From Antechinus flavipes (taxonomy: Eukaryota): a stretch of 64,000 bases of DNA. The notes beneath the pieces are model-generated. The model did no database searches. It had not been told where the DNA came from and saw nothing but the letters and a program-made list of their open reading frames with translations. How positions within the stretch are numbered: the stretch's first letter is position 1; the number at the start of each line of letters is the position of its first letter. The stretch spans positions 30,256,001 to 30,320,000 of the forward strand of contig NC_067401.1 of the NCBI RefSeq assembly GCF_016432865.1, given 5' to 3'. Of the stretch, positions 32,030 through 44,604 are shown in pieces. A program made the position numbers and the translations under genes.

Positions 32030-32800
32030 AACAGCGAGACCCTCACAGCTTGGCTTTCCCATTATTCTCTCAAGACACTAGCCTTGTTCCATGTCCCTCA
32101 CAACAGATGATCTCAAACTATGCCCCTTTACCTGCTCCTTCACACCTCTAAACTTGGATGAATGTATGCTTAAATCCTCCTCTCCTTCCCCTACCCCCAT
32201 GAATACTCCTTCTTACCCTCTTCCCATTCCTCTCTTCTTCAGGATTAGGTTTGAAATCACTTTCCCTCTTCTCTCAAGTCTCTTCCATCTTTTCTTGCTT
32301 CTTCCTATTTACATTCAACTTTGGAAAAATTCAAGTTTCCCCCTCCTAAACCTATCTGTAATAAATCTCTATTACCCTGTGAAATACAGGCTCCTTAAAG
32401 ACAATCTACTTTTCTATTTATATCCTCAGCATCTACTAACAAACCAAATTCAACATCTCCAAATGGGTTTATTATCTGGTTTTAGCCAATCTTTCCAGTC
32501 TTATTTTACATCCTCTCCGGGCCGCACAGGAGTTATTCCTCTGAATTCCATTTCCTGCCTCCATACCCTTTCCTGAGTGCCCTCTGTGTTTGCCATTCTC
32601 TCTTCATTTCTGCTTCTGCCAAAAAACTCCTCAGCCTCTTTTAAGGTTCATTCCATGGGAAGCTTTTCTTGATTTTCCCAGTGGTAGATGAAAGTCTCCA
32701 TAAATCACAAGTAAACTACATTTACTTATGTATGCATGTTGTATTCTTCTAGTAGAATGGAAGTTCTTTGAGGGCAAGGCTCTCTTCAGGTTCTCAATTC
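32030..32800 (+). mobile_element. Degraded L2 fragment(s)
   Basis: Pyrimidine-rich L2-like text ending tagaatggaagttctttgagggcaagg. Confidence 0.5.
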
Positions 32801-33179
32801 TTATCTAATTGAATTGCATCATTCCCTTTTATCCAAAACTCCCTCCCTATTTGTCAGTGGGATTACCTACCATCTTTTTTTTCTTCTAAATTCATTAACT
32901 TCAGTGTTATTTGTTTTTCTGCCTTCTTCATAACGCCTCCCCTCATACACCCTACATTCAATCAGTGACCAAATTCTGTCATTTTTAAATCTGAAATTTC
33001 TAAAAACTTCATCCATGTCTCTTTCATCCAAGTCCTCACAACCATCAGGCAGGACACTAGGCTTCCAACAGGTCTTCACCTCCATCCCAACACTGCCAGC
33101 CTCCTTCTGAAAAGATGTGAGCACCTTCCAATGGAGTTAGCATTGTTGGGGTACTGATGAGACGCATCAATACCTCAAT

Positions 33180-33407
33180 AATTACATTTGGGTTCCAGAA
33201 CTCTCCCTGAATGATCCACCAAATGTTGGGGGCAGAGGTTGGACCCCAAAACAGGGATTTCAGGCCAAGGTTGTGAAATATTTCAGAAGAATTTGTAGGT
33301 TTTGACCTCCAAATTTCATTAAGGTTCTGTCAAAGGGCTAATTTCCAAGAGGGAGTTGTATTGATTAACAAATTGAAAGATTTAGGCTAATTTCCCTAGA
33401 AGAACTT
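33180..33407. repeat. About 225-bp interspersed repeat, copy 1 (family not identified)
   Basis: High identity to 38936-39158, same orientation and nearly the same end points. Confidence 0.85.
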
Positions 33408-34619
33408 TCCATGTAATTCTGCATATAAGTGAATCTTTATTATTTTATTCCCTACATTTAGAATACCACACCTCTATTTATGCCTTTTAAAATTTCTACC
33501 CAGTCTTTTAAGAAACAGCTCAAATGCCAACTACATCATAAGACCTTCTGATTTTCACAGGAAGTGAAAATTCTTCGGTCCCCCTTGGCACAAAGGTGGT
33601 GTGGCTTCTTTATTCATTTCCATACCTCACATCTATTTGGGATGTAAGTCAATCAGCAAGGATTTCTTATGCACATGCTCTGTGTCAGAGGCTGAATTAC
33701 AGGCACCTTTCAAGTAAGGTAGTGCAGGGACCTGTATCCTCCATTTTACAGAGAAGGAAATGAAAATGATATCACAGAGCTAGGATCACTCCTCAGTCTC
33801 CAAGACCAAGGTACTAACCCTCCAAAAGGGGGTATTTTCTAGCTGATGATATTATCCCTAGATTTATCCAAACAATATCAATTGATGAGGAGTTGAAAAA
33901 CAACCAATTTAGACCAGTGCCTAGCATAAAGTAGGACTTTAATAAATTTATTATCTAAATTTAGATCAAGTTTTTAGCATAAAAATCTGATGGCATTATC
34001 AGCAATAAGTTAAATGGTCATTTCCTTTCCAAGATGCAACCAATTGAAGTACTGAAGATTGGAATCTCTTCCTCATTTAATATAGATTCAGAAACACTCA
34101 GGTCCTTTCTTTCAAGTTTAGAAACTGGCTGGCTCTGCGAGGGTCAAGAACTTAAAAGACAAGCTGACTGAAAACTGGGACAAGTTCTTCCAATAGGAAT
34201 CCTTCTAGTTAGAGGTTCGCAAACTCTTTGCATTCAAACTAGTTAAACCAAGGGTCATTAATTATTTCCACTAGAGTAAAACATATTTTCCATCTAGAAT
34301 CAAGATAGCCAGAGAACTAAGATGAGGATTCATGAATAATATAATAACTGTTTCAGAGAAGTATGGGAACAATATTTTCCCACGAGAATCAGTTAAGCTG
34401 TATGTTCTTTCTACCTTTCTCTAGGGCTTTTGGTACCTCTATAGCTACTATCTCCCACAGAAATAATGGCAAACTCCCAAGGTGGTGCCTCAGGATGTCT
34501 GGAGCAACAGATAGAGTAAAGGAGAAGTAGGAAGGGCAGAGATGGTACATAATGGAAAGAGAAATGGATATATAGTTAAGAGGATATAGGTTTAATCTTT
34601 TATCACTTATCTGGAGACA

Positions 34620-35520
34620 CTATAGAACCTTGGCAGATCTTCTCACTTCCCGCTTTCTCTTTCTCCCCACCTTGTCCAAGCTACAAGTGCATTAGCCACT
34701 TAGGACTTGATCTCACTTATCACCATGGGATTTTGAATCTGTTCCTTTGGGAGCGATCACCCTTCTTTAGGCAACCCAGTAGTTCCTTGATCCCGGGGGC
34801 TCAGGATATCAAAGCCAAATGTAGCCTTACATAGCCCAATGCAGCTCAGACCTCCCAAACTCAAGAATCAGCTCGCCCTTTCTCCACAAGGATTTCAGAC
34901 ATGGTAAGATATCACCACAAGGCCACTGAGTCTTTAAATGCCTACTCCAAGGGCATGTTTTCCTTCTTAATCCTGATCCTTCTTAACTTCTAAGCAGCAT
35001 TTGACCCAATTGATCTTTTCTCTAAAGGTTTTTATGATTCAGCTCTGTCTTGTCTCCTTCACTGGATCTTCATTCAGGTCAAATAGTTGTGAATGTCCCA
35101 CAACAGTCTGTCCTGGGTTCCCTTCTTTGCTCCATCAATTTTATCTCACTTGGTGATTTCATTAGCTCCCATGAATTAAATCAAACCTAATTTCTCTGCT
35201 AAACTAATCATCCATCATCAACTGGTTCTTGGATATCTTAGGCTGTGCCATAGATAACATAATAAAGCCAAACACAATCCAATGTATTTCCCCCATCTAA
35301 ATTTCCCTATTACAGTTGAAGCTATCAACACCCTCCCAGTCCTCCTCTCATTCACTCCAAATATATACCCCCTTGTGAACTTACACCTTTCTACTTTTAG
35401 AATATGTACTCCCCTTCTCCCCATTCGTCCCTTTCTCTCCAGGACACTTCTCTGCATTAAAGGACAATCCTCTAAGCGGTCTCTCCTCCTTCAAACTCCT
35501 TTCTACATCACAGAGAGGTA
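34620..35520 (+). mobile_element. L2 LINE fragment
   Basis: gtctgtcctgggttcccttct...ggtgatttcattagctcccatg...ttggatatctta resembles the L2 ORF2 3' consensus. Confidence 0.65.
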
Positions 35521-35899
35521 AAATCCACCCCTGCCCTAGTCAGGGAACTCCAAGACCAAGAAAAAATATCCTATTACTTCAAGCTCGCCCCCCGGCTCCC
35601 CGCTGCCTCGCCAGCCTGTTCCTCCAGCTGTTCCGACCTCCTGGTAGGTCCGAAGCAGGACTATCCCCTCTCCCCGGGGGGCCGACTGGGTCACAGGTGG
35701 GTTCCCCTCCCCCCAGCGGCTGGAACCTTCCAATGTCACATCACTTCTGTCCATCTGTAGCACCTTGAACAGCCTCATTATTTACGCACGATGCTCCATA
35801 GCACAGGTTTTCTGCTTTTCTTTGTATTCCCACCCCTCGGCACACTGTCGAGTACTCAGTTAGCACTTAGTAAGTGCTGAATGACGGGTCACTCTGGCC

Positions 35900-37400
35900 A
35901 GCATCTCCTCTGTACTCCGATTCTCTCCCGCAGTCGCCCGTGTTAGACTGGCAGCTTCTTGAGGGCAGGGACTAAGTATTTGGGGGTCTAGGGCCTTTTT
36001 TGGTAACCTCATCCTGCCACACGGCAGGAGCTTAAATGATGCTGGGCCACCACGCAGGAGGCGGCGTGCTGGGGTGTAAGGGCCGAGAGGACGGAGCCCA
36101 GCCTTCTCCGCCATTTAAAGCACACCGCCCCCCCACCGCGGAACCCCCAGCCCGGCGCTACGAGTAACTTGAGACGAGTCCCGGAGAGAGTCGGAGCGGG
36201 GGCTGCGGCCACGGGCCCGGCTGACGCCGCGAAGGAAGGCTCGGAGGCGGCGGCCACATCAACCTCGGATCGGCCGGGCCGCCCATCCCCGCAAGGGAAC
36301 CGGGCCCGGGCACCGCCCCCGCCCCCGAGGCGCCTCGCCGAGCTTCTGGGGGAGGGGGAACCCTAAGAATTCAACAAGTGGCGGGCCTGAGAGGCGTGTG
36401 TGCCCGGGGATGCCGCGGCCGGAGCCCCGCGCCCCTCAGACTCCCCCCGCCCCGCCCCGCCCTGTCCCACAACACCCCAGGCCGCCCGAGCAGCCTCCGA
36501 GCCCCGGCCACGGCCTTACCGAGCCCTCCGCAGCGCCGAGCCTCCGAGGAAAATGGAGTCACCGCTTGGCAGCGCCACCGAAAGCGAGTCCGGGGGCCCC
36601 CCCACACACCGACGTGCCCCCTCCCCGACGCCCGCAGCCGCCACGGCGTCTGAGGTCACTTCCGGCGCGCTGTCACTGAGAGGAGGCGGTCCAGTCCCTC
36701 GCCACTCTGCAGGGCGGAGCGTTCTCCGGGGCTGAAGTCGCAGATGGGCAACTAGGACCGCGGCAGGAAAGCGACTGCCGGCGAGCTCCGCGTGGGGGCG
36801 GTAGCGGGAGGCTGCCGAGCCTGGCCGTTTCCTTCGGGCGCTCTAGCTGGAGGAAGCATAGAGAGAGGAGGCCTGGGGGCGCCTCTTCTTCCTGTGCCTG
36901 GCTCCTCCCGCTGCTTCCGGTTCCGGGGAGGAGCCGTGTTTCCGTCGGGGCGATGGGGCAGTGGGGCCGGGCCGGGACCGCGGTGGGGTCGCTGCTGTTG
37001 TTTGGGGGGTTGCTAGGCTTGGCTGGCGCTTCCGATCTGCCCCTCGTCACTTGCGGCTCTGTAGTGAAGCTCCTCAACACGCGCCACAACGTCCGGTTGC
37101 ATTCGCATGACGTACACTACGGGTCCGGTGAGCCCATGGGGCGGGGCCTGGAAAAGGAAAGAAGGAAAAAATCCCTCCCCGGAGGCGGGGCCTGGCATTG
37201 GGGGAACCCCGGGGGCGGTGCCTGGGCGAGGTCTGAGAAGAGGAATCAGTAGGAGGCGGGACCTAGAACCTTTCAACGACCGGAAAAACACGTGGGGGGA
37301 GGAGTCCTGAGCTTCGAGGAATCTTGAGGGGGCGGAGCTTGGGGGAGTGGTCAGGAAGAGGGGCCGGAAAGGTTTTCGGACTCTGGCCCAGCTGGAGTGG
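35900..37400. promoter_or_regulatory. CpG island / bidirectional promoter shared by SUPT6H and SDF2
   Basis: CpG-dense; ETS/GABP-type ACTTCCGG at 36658-36665 and CTTCCGGTTCCGG at 36914-36926; YY1-type CCGCCATTT at 36108-36116; divergent first exons about 300-430 nt apart. Confidence 0.85.
36520..36650 (-). other. SUPT6H: Probable non-coding exon 1 of SUPT6H (5' end approximate)
   Basis: Strong minus-strand donor CTCGG|GTAAGG at 36520/36519 inside the CpG island; YY1-like CCATTTT within the exon; would splice to the acceptor at 27696 upstream of the ATG. Confidence 0.6.
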
Positions 37401-39962
37401 ACAGGAAAAGAAGGAAGGGGATGGGAAAACTCCCGGAGGTCTGGGGAGGGGCCAGCTCCGGCCCGGAAGACAGCCCTGGAGGAACAGCCGAATGGACTTC
37501 GCTAACCGAGGGCTGGCAGTGTACAGACCTATAGGGGAAGGAGTGGTTCGATGTGTCAGGGGTAGGAGGCCATTTGGCCCCCCTATACAGTCTAAGTGAA
37601 GGACTCTCGATCCCATCTCCCCCAAACCGAACTTGTCCCTTCTTCTCACCCCCGAATCCAAATCTCCCGCTTTCTGTTGAGAGTCTTGTAGCCTGAAGAT
37701 CTTAAGTGTAGCTTTAAACCCGGAAAAAACTTTCGAGTCATCCAGTCCAACCCGCTCTCCTGGCCCTCCAGTCAGCTGCCAAATCGTGTTGATTCTGCCG
37801 CACAATATCCCTTGTAATTTTCTCCTCCCAGACCGCCGGCGCCTTTTGTGCCGGTGATGTGCCATAACTGGTCCGAACATAACTCCCAACTGGTCTTCTT
37901 GAGCTTTCCTGCAGTTTTCTCCCCTTTCACCCAAGAAACTTGATATAAATTATGCATATCACAATAACGTTAAAGAACTAGTATGGCCATGCTATTTCCC
38001 AGCTCAAAAAATTTCAGGGATTCTCAATTTTGTTTAGGGAAAATTACAAATTCCTTCTTTTAACATTGTTTTTCTTTGTATTCACAGACAACTAAAGGTC
38101 TGGAGTCCAACCCATTTGATCTTTATTTTGGCCCTGATTGCTTCTGAGTGAATATAAATAGCAATAATTCTTGCAGTTTCACTAGAAATCCTGAGGGTCT
38201 TCTCCCAAATTGATTTTTTTTTAAAACTAGGTAATAGAGGCCATTTCTTTCTTACCTAGCCTTAATCACTGATTGGGTGTTGTCTCATCTAAGATCTTAG
38301 ATTAAATAGACCTAAGTCTCCCACTGCATACAGGACCATCTCCAATCCACCTGATCTCTCATCTGCCCACTGGCTGCAGAGGAGCCCTTTGCACAGTCCT
38401 CCCTCACTCAGATCCAATCCACTTGCATGTCATGGTATCTCCCCGTCCTTTTTGATAAGGGAGGACAAACAAAAAGAATTCCCATATTGTAGCAGAGTAC
38501 CTAGCATGCGGTAAATGCTTAATACATTGTAAATTGCTTTATTAACAATCTGGCCCTAGCCTATCTTTCCAGACTGAGTTCAGATGACTCCCACTCCTGC
38601 CCTCTTTTTAGCAAGTCCAGCTTACTTGCAGTTCCTCTTCTATGACATTCCACTTCCAGCCTTGGAACTAGCTCTCCCCCTTCCTTTCTGGCTTTTTTTC
38701 CCCTGGTTTCTGCCCCTTGGAATCCCCAGCTTCCTTCCAAGGACTGTTTAAATGGATAGAGAAAGGTTTTCTCTATCCCTCCACTCATTAGTGTCCTCCC
38801 CAACAACTAGATTATATAATTGTGTTTACTTATCTTTGTACATTTCTTCCCCGAACTTAAACTCCTTAAAGGCAAGGACTTGTTTAATTTTTGTCTATAT
38901 AGCCCCAGCACATAATAAAAGCCTCAGTTAGCACCAATTACATTTGGATTCCAGAACTGTCCCTGGATGATGTTGGGGGCAGAGGTTGGACCCCAAAATA
39001 TATAGGGATTTCAGGCCTGGGTTGTGAGGTGTCTCAGAAGAATTTGTAGGTTTTGACCTCCAAATTTCATTGAAGTTATGTCAATGGGCTAATTTCCAAA
39101 AGGGAGTTGTATTGATTAACAAATTGAAGGATTTAAGCTAAGTTCCCTAGAAGAACTTCTCCTTCTCCTCCCTCCCTCCCCCCCATTAGTAAAGGGGAAG
39201 ACACCATTAAGTTGGTCTTTGTGAAACTTAGTAAGCAAGCTAAAAAGAGTTGGGGAAGAAGTAGGGTACTTGTAGTAGGTTTTTTTTTTTTTATTGGAGA
39301 AAAATAACCTGGGGGTTGGACATCGGAACTTGGTTTTCTGATTGGATACAGTAACTGTGGGGTCATAATTTTAATAGTGCTAGAAATTTACAAGAAACTA
39401 AGGTTCATTTAAGGATAACAAGAGGTCTTCTTTAAGAACCAGACCTTTAATGCCTCTTCCTGCTTGCCTCCAAGTGGTGAGAATTTATCTAGGCCCATTG
39501 CTACTAAGACCTACTTAGATTCAACCCAAGCCTTCTGTTGGGGCACCTCCCATGGTTTACCTGGACACTGTTGCTAGCTGGGATGTGGCCTTTTGTGGGG
39601 GGTCTTGTTAAGCGAATTAGCATGATACTATGCAAAGAGTACTAGGCTCTAGAGTGGGAGACTCCTGTTTCCCAATTGGGCCTTAGATACTTACTATCCA
39701 TGAAACCTGGGAGATAAACTAGTTCGATTTCCTGGCTTCAGTTTCCTTGTCTATAAAATGAGTTTGATCCCTTTGGAATAGTTCCAAACTTCTTAAACTG
39801 TGTTACCACCCCACATGGGGTCATATAACTGAATATTTATCAATAAATGTCTCTTTTGAAAACCTTTTTGTACACCTATATAAATTCTTTGGGTGGAAAA
39901 GAGTCAAAAGTAGAAAAGGTTTAAGAAGCTTTGGACTGTTGAATGAACTAGAACAGCTTTGT

Positions 39963-39994
<32 letters not shown>

Positions 39995-42392
39995 CCAGGC
40001 AGTGGGCAGCAGTCAGTTACAGGGATATCAGATGTGGATGACAGCAACAGTTACTGGCGGATCCGAGGCAAAACCTCTACAGTGTGTGAGAGAGGAACCC
40101 CAGTGAGATGTGGCCAAGCCATCAGGCTGACTCATGTCAATACTGGGCGCAATCTTCACAGTCACCACTTCTCTTCCCCCCTCTCTGGCAACCAGGTAAG
40201 CATGGGGCTGGAGGAGCTTCACACAGTATAATTATCTGTTTTCTTGGTTGTTAGACCTGTTGGATCAGGAGATATTTGCTCTCCTTTTTGCTCATTAGGA
40301 GAAATTTGTCTGTGAAAGAAAACCTGTTCTAGACAAGAGGGAGACTTGTTTAGCTTCTTTAGGAGTTGGACTCATGGAATGAGAACCAGAGGTCATCTTA
40401 AACAGAAGAGGATTGGGAGGTTTCTCCTTGATCTAATGAATTTAAAAAAAAACAAGATGAATTGTTAATTAACACTTAGCTTTTAGAGAATGTGGATTCT
40501 TCAGAATTTTATCAGTTCTGGGGAAATACTGGAATTGTTTTCAGTGGTTCCAAGCACTAGAGGAAGAAGGAAAGTAAAGGAAAGAAGAGCAAGGACTCCT
40601 AATGGCTCAGTAGGGGAAGGGAGGTGAAAAATCAAACAATGTAAGAATTAAATAACATTATAACAAGACAGTCAAAGACATGGAGTCCCAAAGAGCAGGG
40701 GGATAAGTTAGCAAAGATGTTAATCTTAATTTGGTTGGGTTGATGTCTGCCAGTTTACCAGACAAATCATTTGAGTTTTACTTGCCACTATGCAAGTTCA
40801 GGCTTTTTGTCACTTCTTGCCATAACTGTTGTATTAGCTTGAATAATCCTACTCAGTGCATTCCAAGGGCTTCCTGTTGCTTCCAATATCAAATACAAAA
40901 TGCTCTGTTCCAAGCCTTTCCTAACCCAACTTCCTCTAACCTTTCTATAGTCTTTTTACTCCTTACTTCTTAACATGAACAGCTTCACCCAATACCACTG
41001 GCTCCCAGCTGTTCTAGAACAACAAGATGCTGTCTTGGCTTCAGGCATTATCTGGAATGTTCTCCCTCCTCATCTCCTCCTGGCTTCCCTGCTTTAAGAA
41101 TCTACTAAAACCCCACCTTTTAATTTTGGAGACTTCCCTTTTCATTATTTCTAACTTATCTCATAAGTAGCTTATTTATATATAGTCCTTTGCTTATTGT
41201 CTCTCCTATTAGATTGTAAGTTTTTGAGGCAGAGGCTCTCTTGCTTCTTTTTGTATTTCCTGTGTGCATAGTGTCTGCCTGCCTGACAGGTGGTAGGCAC
41301 TTAGAAAACCATTACTAATTAGTTTTACCACCAGTTTTTCCCATTTCCTTATCCATTCTTTACACACTGCCTAAGTATCTTCCTAATGCACAAGCCTAAT
41401 TGTTTCACTTCCTCAAACCTTCACTGTCTCCCCATTGTTTACAAACTCTTGCACCACGATTTGGCTTGATGGTAATATTCTGACCTTATTCACAGTATAC
41501 TCTTAACCATTCTATGCTCTAACCAGATGTACTTCTCGTTGTTTCCTTCCCCCATCCTGTCTTTTCCTTGTATCTGTCTAATATGTCTTTTGTTACTGTA
41601 TGAAACTCTCCCTCACCATTTCTAGGTATTAAAATTCTTTTCTTTTTTTCAAGCCCCTGTTCCACTGCTGCTTTCTTCCCCAATAACAAACTGGAAGTGG
41701 CTTATTTCATGAATTTCTCCATTCTCATATTTAATCTCACACTAACTTGTCTTATAGCTGTTTAACTATTTCTTTATTGTTTGCTTTCTTTACAAAGTAA
41801 GTTATAAACTCTTAAGAGTAAGGATGAGGTGCTTTTTCATTTTCCTCTCTTTGTAAACAGTAGGTGCTAAGCAAATGTTGACTTGTATTAACTCATATTT
41901 CTCTATGGGTCATTTTTTGATATTTTTTGAGGGAGGACACAGGGAAAGGGATTCATTTTATGATGTTTCCTCCCGTTCAGCCCCAATTTTTAAGTTCTTC
42001 CTGTGGAAGGGTTCCCTGTTTTCTTTTTCATCCCGTCACTCTTATCCACTTCTCAGATCTGTCCTGGGGCTCACACTAATTCTTCTACTTTCTGTCATTT
42101 CCAGGAAGTGAGTGCATTTGGGGAAGAGGGCGAAGGGGACTATCTGGATGACTGGACAGTCTTGTGTAGCGGGTCACACTGGGTGAGGGACGATGAGGTT
42201 CGGTTCAAACATGCTTCCACCGACGTGCTGCTGTCGGTTACGGGAGAGCAGTATGGCCGGCCCATCAGTGGCCAAAAGGAAGTACATGGCATGACCCAGC
42301 AGAACCAGAACAACTATTGGAGAGCTATGGAAGGCATCTTTATGAAGCCCAGCGAGCTGCTTCGGACTGAAGCCCATCATGCTGAGCTATGA
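36953..42392 (+). CDS. SDF2: Stromal cell-derived factor 2 (ER-lumenal MIR-domain protein, 219 aa, 3 exons)
   Basis: join(36953..37127,39999..40195,42105..42392) = 660 nt. Signal peptide, VTCGSVVKLLNTRHNVRLHSH, RLTHVNTGRNLHSH, EVSAFGEEGEGD, C-terminal HAEL retrieval-like motif. Confidence 0.96.
38936..39158. repeat. About 225-bp interspersed repeat, copy 2
   Basis: aattacatttgg...tgttgggggcagaggttggaccccaaaa...ccctagaagaactt, shared with 33180-33407. Confidence 0.85.
39785..39933 (-). mobile_element. hAT (Charlie-type) MITE, internally deleted
   Basis: Inverted termini caaacttcttaaact ... ggtttaagaagctttg; internal ccccacatggggtc. Confidence 0.65.
39958..39994 (+). repeat. (GTTTT)n tract forming the SDF2 exon 2 polypyrimidine tract
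   Basis: tttgttttttgttttgttttgttttgttttgttttttccag|. Confidence 0.85.
40290..40430 (+). mobile_element. L3/CR1 fragment
   Basis: gagggagacttgtttagcttc...agaaccagaggtcatc. Confidence 0.45.
40750..41880 (+). mobile_element. L2 3' fragments
   Basis: ttagattgtaagtttttgaggcagagg...gtaggcacttag and gtaggtgctaagcaaatg L2 tails. Confidence 0.55.
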
Positions 42393-42658
42393 AAGCCCTT
42401 CAGCTCTCCTCTCCACTCACCACACACAGTGTTGTTACACCTACTACTTTCCCCATTGGAACAGTATCGGCCTCATCATCCCTGGGGTGAGAATCCAACG
42501 TGGGGAATTTCCAAAGTTCTTAAGAGCAGCAGCTCCCTCCTTGCCAACATGCATCTATTCCTATCTCGGACTTGGCTTCACCTCCTAAATGTGGGAGTTA
42601 TTGCCAAAGGTGGGATTGAACTTTTCATCCATTTGGAAAAGAAGAAGGTGGAAGAAAT

Positions 42659-42771
42659 AATAAACATCTCTTGGAAATAGGAAATGCCCCTCATTTGGGT
42701 GCTTTGGCATAATAATCCGTTAATAGATGGAATACAGATTCCAATACATGCTTTTTCTCAGGAGTAATAAA
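42659..42771 (+). terminator. Two candidate SDF2 polyadenylation signals
   Basis: AATAAA at 42659-42664 and 42766-42771. Confidence 0.6.
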
Positions 42772-42923
42772 AAGAATTCCATATTCAATCTTTAAATAGT
42801 CATTTAATTAAGAGTCACGTTCCTAAGTTTACTTACCGTTATAAGACTTTTGAAATTACTAGGGACTCTCATGTGTTTACCTTATAAGGTCTTTAACTTA
42901 GATCTCATGCCCTTTGGCTACAG

Positions 42924-43111
42924 CAGGGCTTTTTAAACTTTTTCTGCTTGTTACCCTTTTTCATCTGAGAAATTTTTACATGACACTTAGGTATATAAGT
43001 ATGTAAAATAGGTATTCAGATCTAGCACTGATAAATACATCATAATTTCATAACCCTCACACTTGATTACATGACTCTATATGGGGTTGACCCATAGATG
43101 AAGCAGCTTTG
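42924..43111 (+). mobile_element. hAT (Charlie-type) MITE
   Basis: 5' cagggctttttaaactt, internal gagaaatttttacatgac and atatggggttgaccca, degenerate 3' TIR; flanks ggctacag / agctagag resemble a diverged 8-bp TSD. Confidence 0.7.
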
Positions 43112-43873
43112 AGCTAGAGGTATAAATCCTTATAGATGAAAACTTTTAATAGGTTTGCCTTAATGTTATGACATAAAAAGTTCAAGAGACATTTCTGGGT
43201 AATTAATCATTATGGATAATTAAAGAGGGTCAGCTGTGTTTTAGGATGCCAGAGACACTTCATGGAACCAGTCAACATGGCCACTTTCAGAAACTCCTAT
43301 TCTTCAGAGGATATCAACTCCAATTGATTAAAAATGAGAATGAATGTTATAGATAGGTGGATTCTTTAGAACTAGAAGCTGGGGAACTTGATTTTGATCA
43401 CTCTCAGATTCTGGGAATCTAGACAAAGGACCTATCCCCACCCGAGCCTGAATAGAACACAGCCAGAGTTCATCTTAGATTAAATTCATTGTTCTCTAGA
43501 TTTCATCATCAAGCCCTATCCTTTAGAAAATTAAGCTTTGATCTAATCTCCAAATGAAGAAAGGAAAAAAAATCCCAGTTCTTCCCAGTATTAACAGTTG
43601 GTTAATCATTAACCATCAGTGAACTGCTGCATCTTGGGCCCATGATTGTTGATGAGATGAATCCAGGAGACACCATTGACCCTAAGGGCACCCACCTCTA
43701 CTTTCTGGACAAACTTTGCAAATGAGGCCAAGTATATGAAGGTGAGCGTCAATCTGTGATGGGAAGAAATAGTCATTTCTTGTCTTCAGCCTCCTTTCTA
43801 CCCCCAAAGCAGGTGGTTTCTGAGATGTTGGATTTCTGCATTCCAGAAGTGTTATGGGGGCGGGAGGGAGGTG

Positions 43874-43888
43874 GCTGCCATCTGCTGG
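43874..43888 (-). promoter_or_regulatory. Candidate CTCF site between SDF2 and BLTP2
   Basis: Minus strand reads CCAGCAGATGGCAGC, a close match to the CTCF core. Confidence 0.45.
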
Positions 43889-44604
43889 GATTCCAAGGGA
43901 TATATAGCAAGACTCACTTTATTTTTGGATGACTTTTTTCCCAGTCACTCATTTTGTAGCCTTTACGCTTTATTGGAGAATGTCAACTCTGTGCCAGACC
44001 TCCCCTGTCTGAGATGTTAACATTCTGTCCCTCTCTCAGTGACACAAACCAAATAAGATATCATAGTGAATGATGTTTTCACCACCAAAGCCTTGATTTC
44101 CACAAAACCTTCCCCTTTCTCCAGTTTAATCAACTAGATCCTCTGAAAAGAAAATTCTTTAGAGAGAGGAGCCAGGTGTAACAAGATGTTACAGAGAAAA
44201 GACAGGAAGAAACTGGGGATGAGGAAACAAAGCAAGAGTGGACAAAACAAAAGCATAATTAAACAGGTTTCCCTGAATTAGGATGCAAAATGAGGATCTA
44301 AGTGAGCAGCTGGCTGGAAGAGGAAGGGGAGGGTGAGAAGGCAAAGTTCCAAAAAAAAAAAAGTGGGGAGGATAGTTGAGCTGCTTCTGCCTTGCTTACC
44401 AGGCATCAGTAATAAGACACAACTTGTTAGAGGCTTCCTAAAAGTTTGGGATAAGATAACATATTTATAGAAAAGAGGCTAGTCCACAAAACAATGTCCC
44501 CATTGGGCTCCTTTTTTGAGTTCTTGCCACTCATTGCTGTCAGGCATTTGAATACCTGTTCCCCCAGCAATTAAATTTGGCCTGTCTCATCTATGTCTAT
44601 TCCC

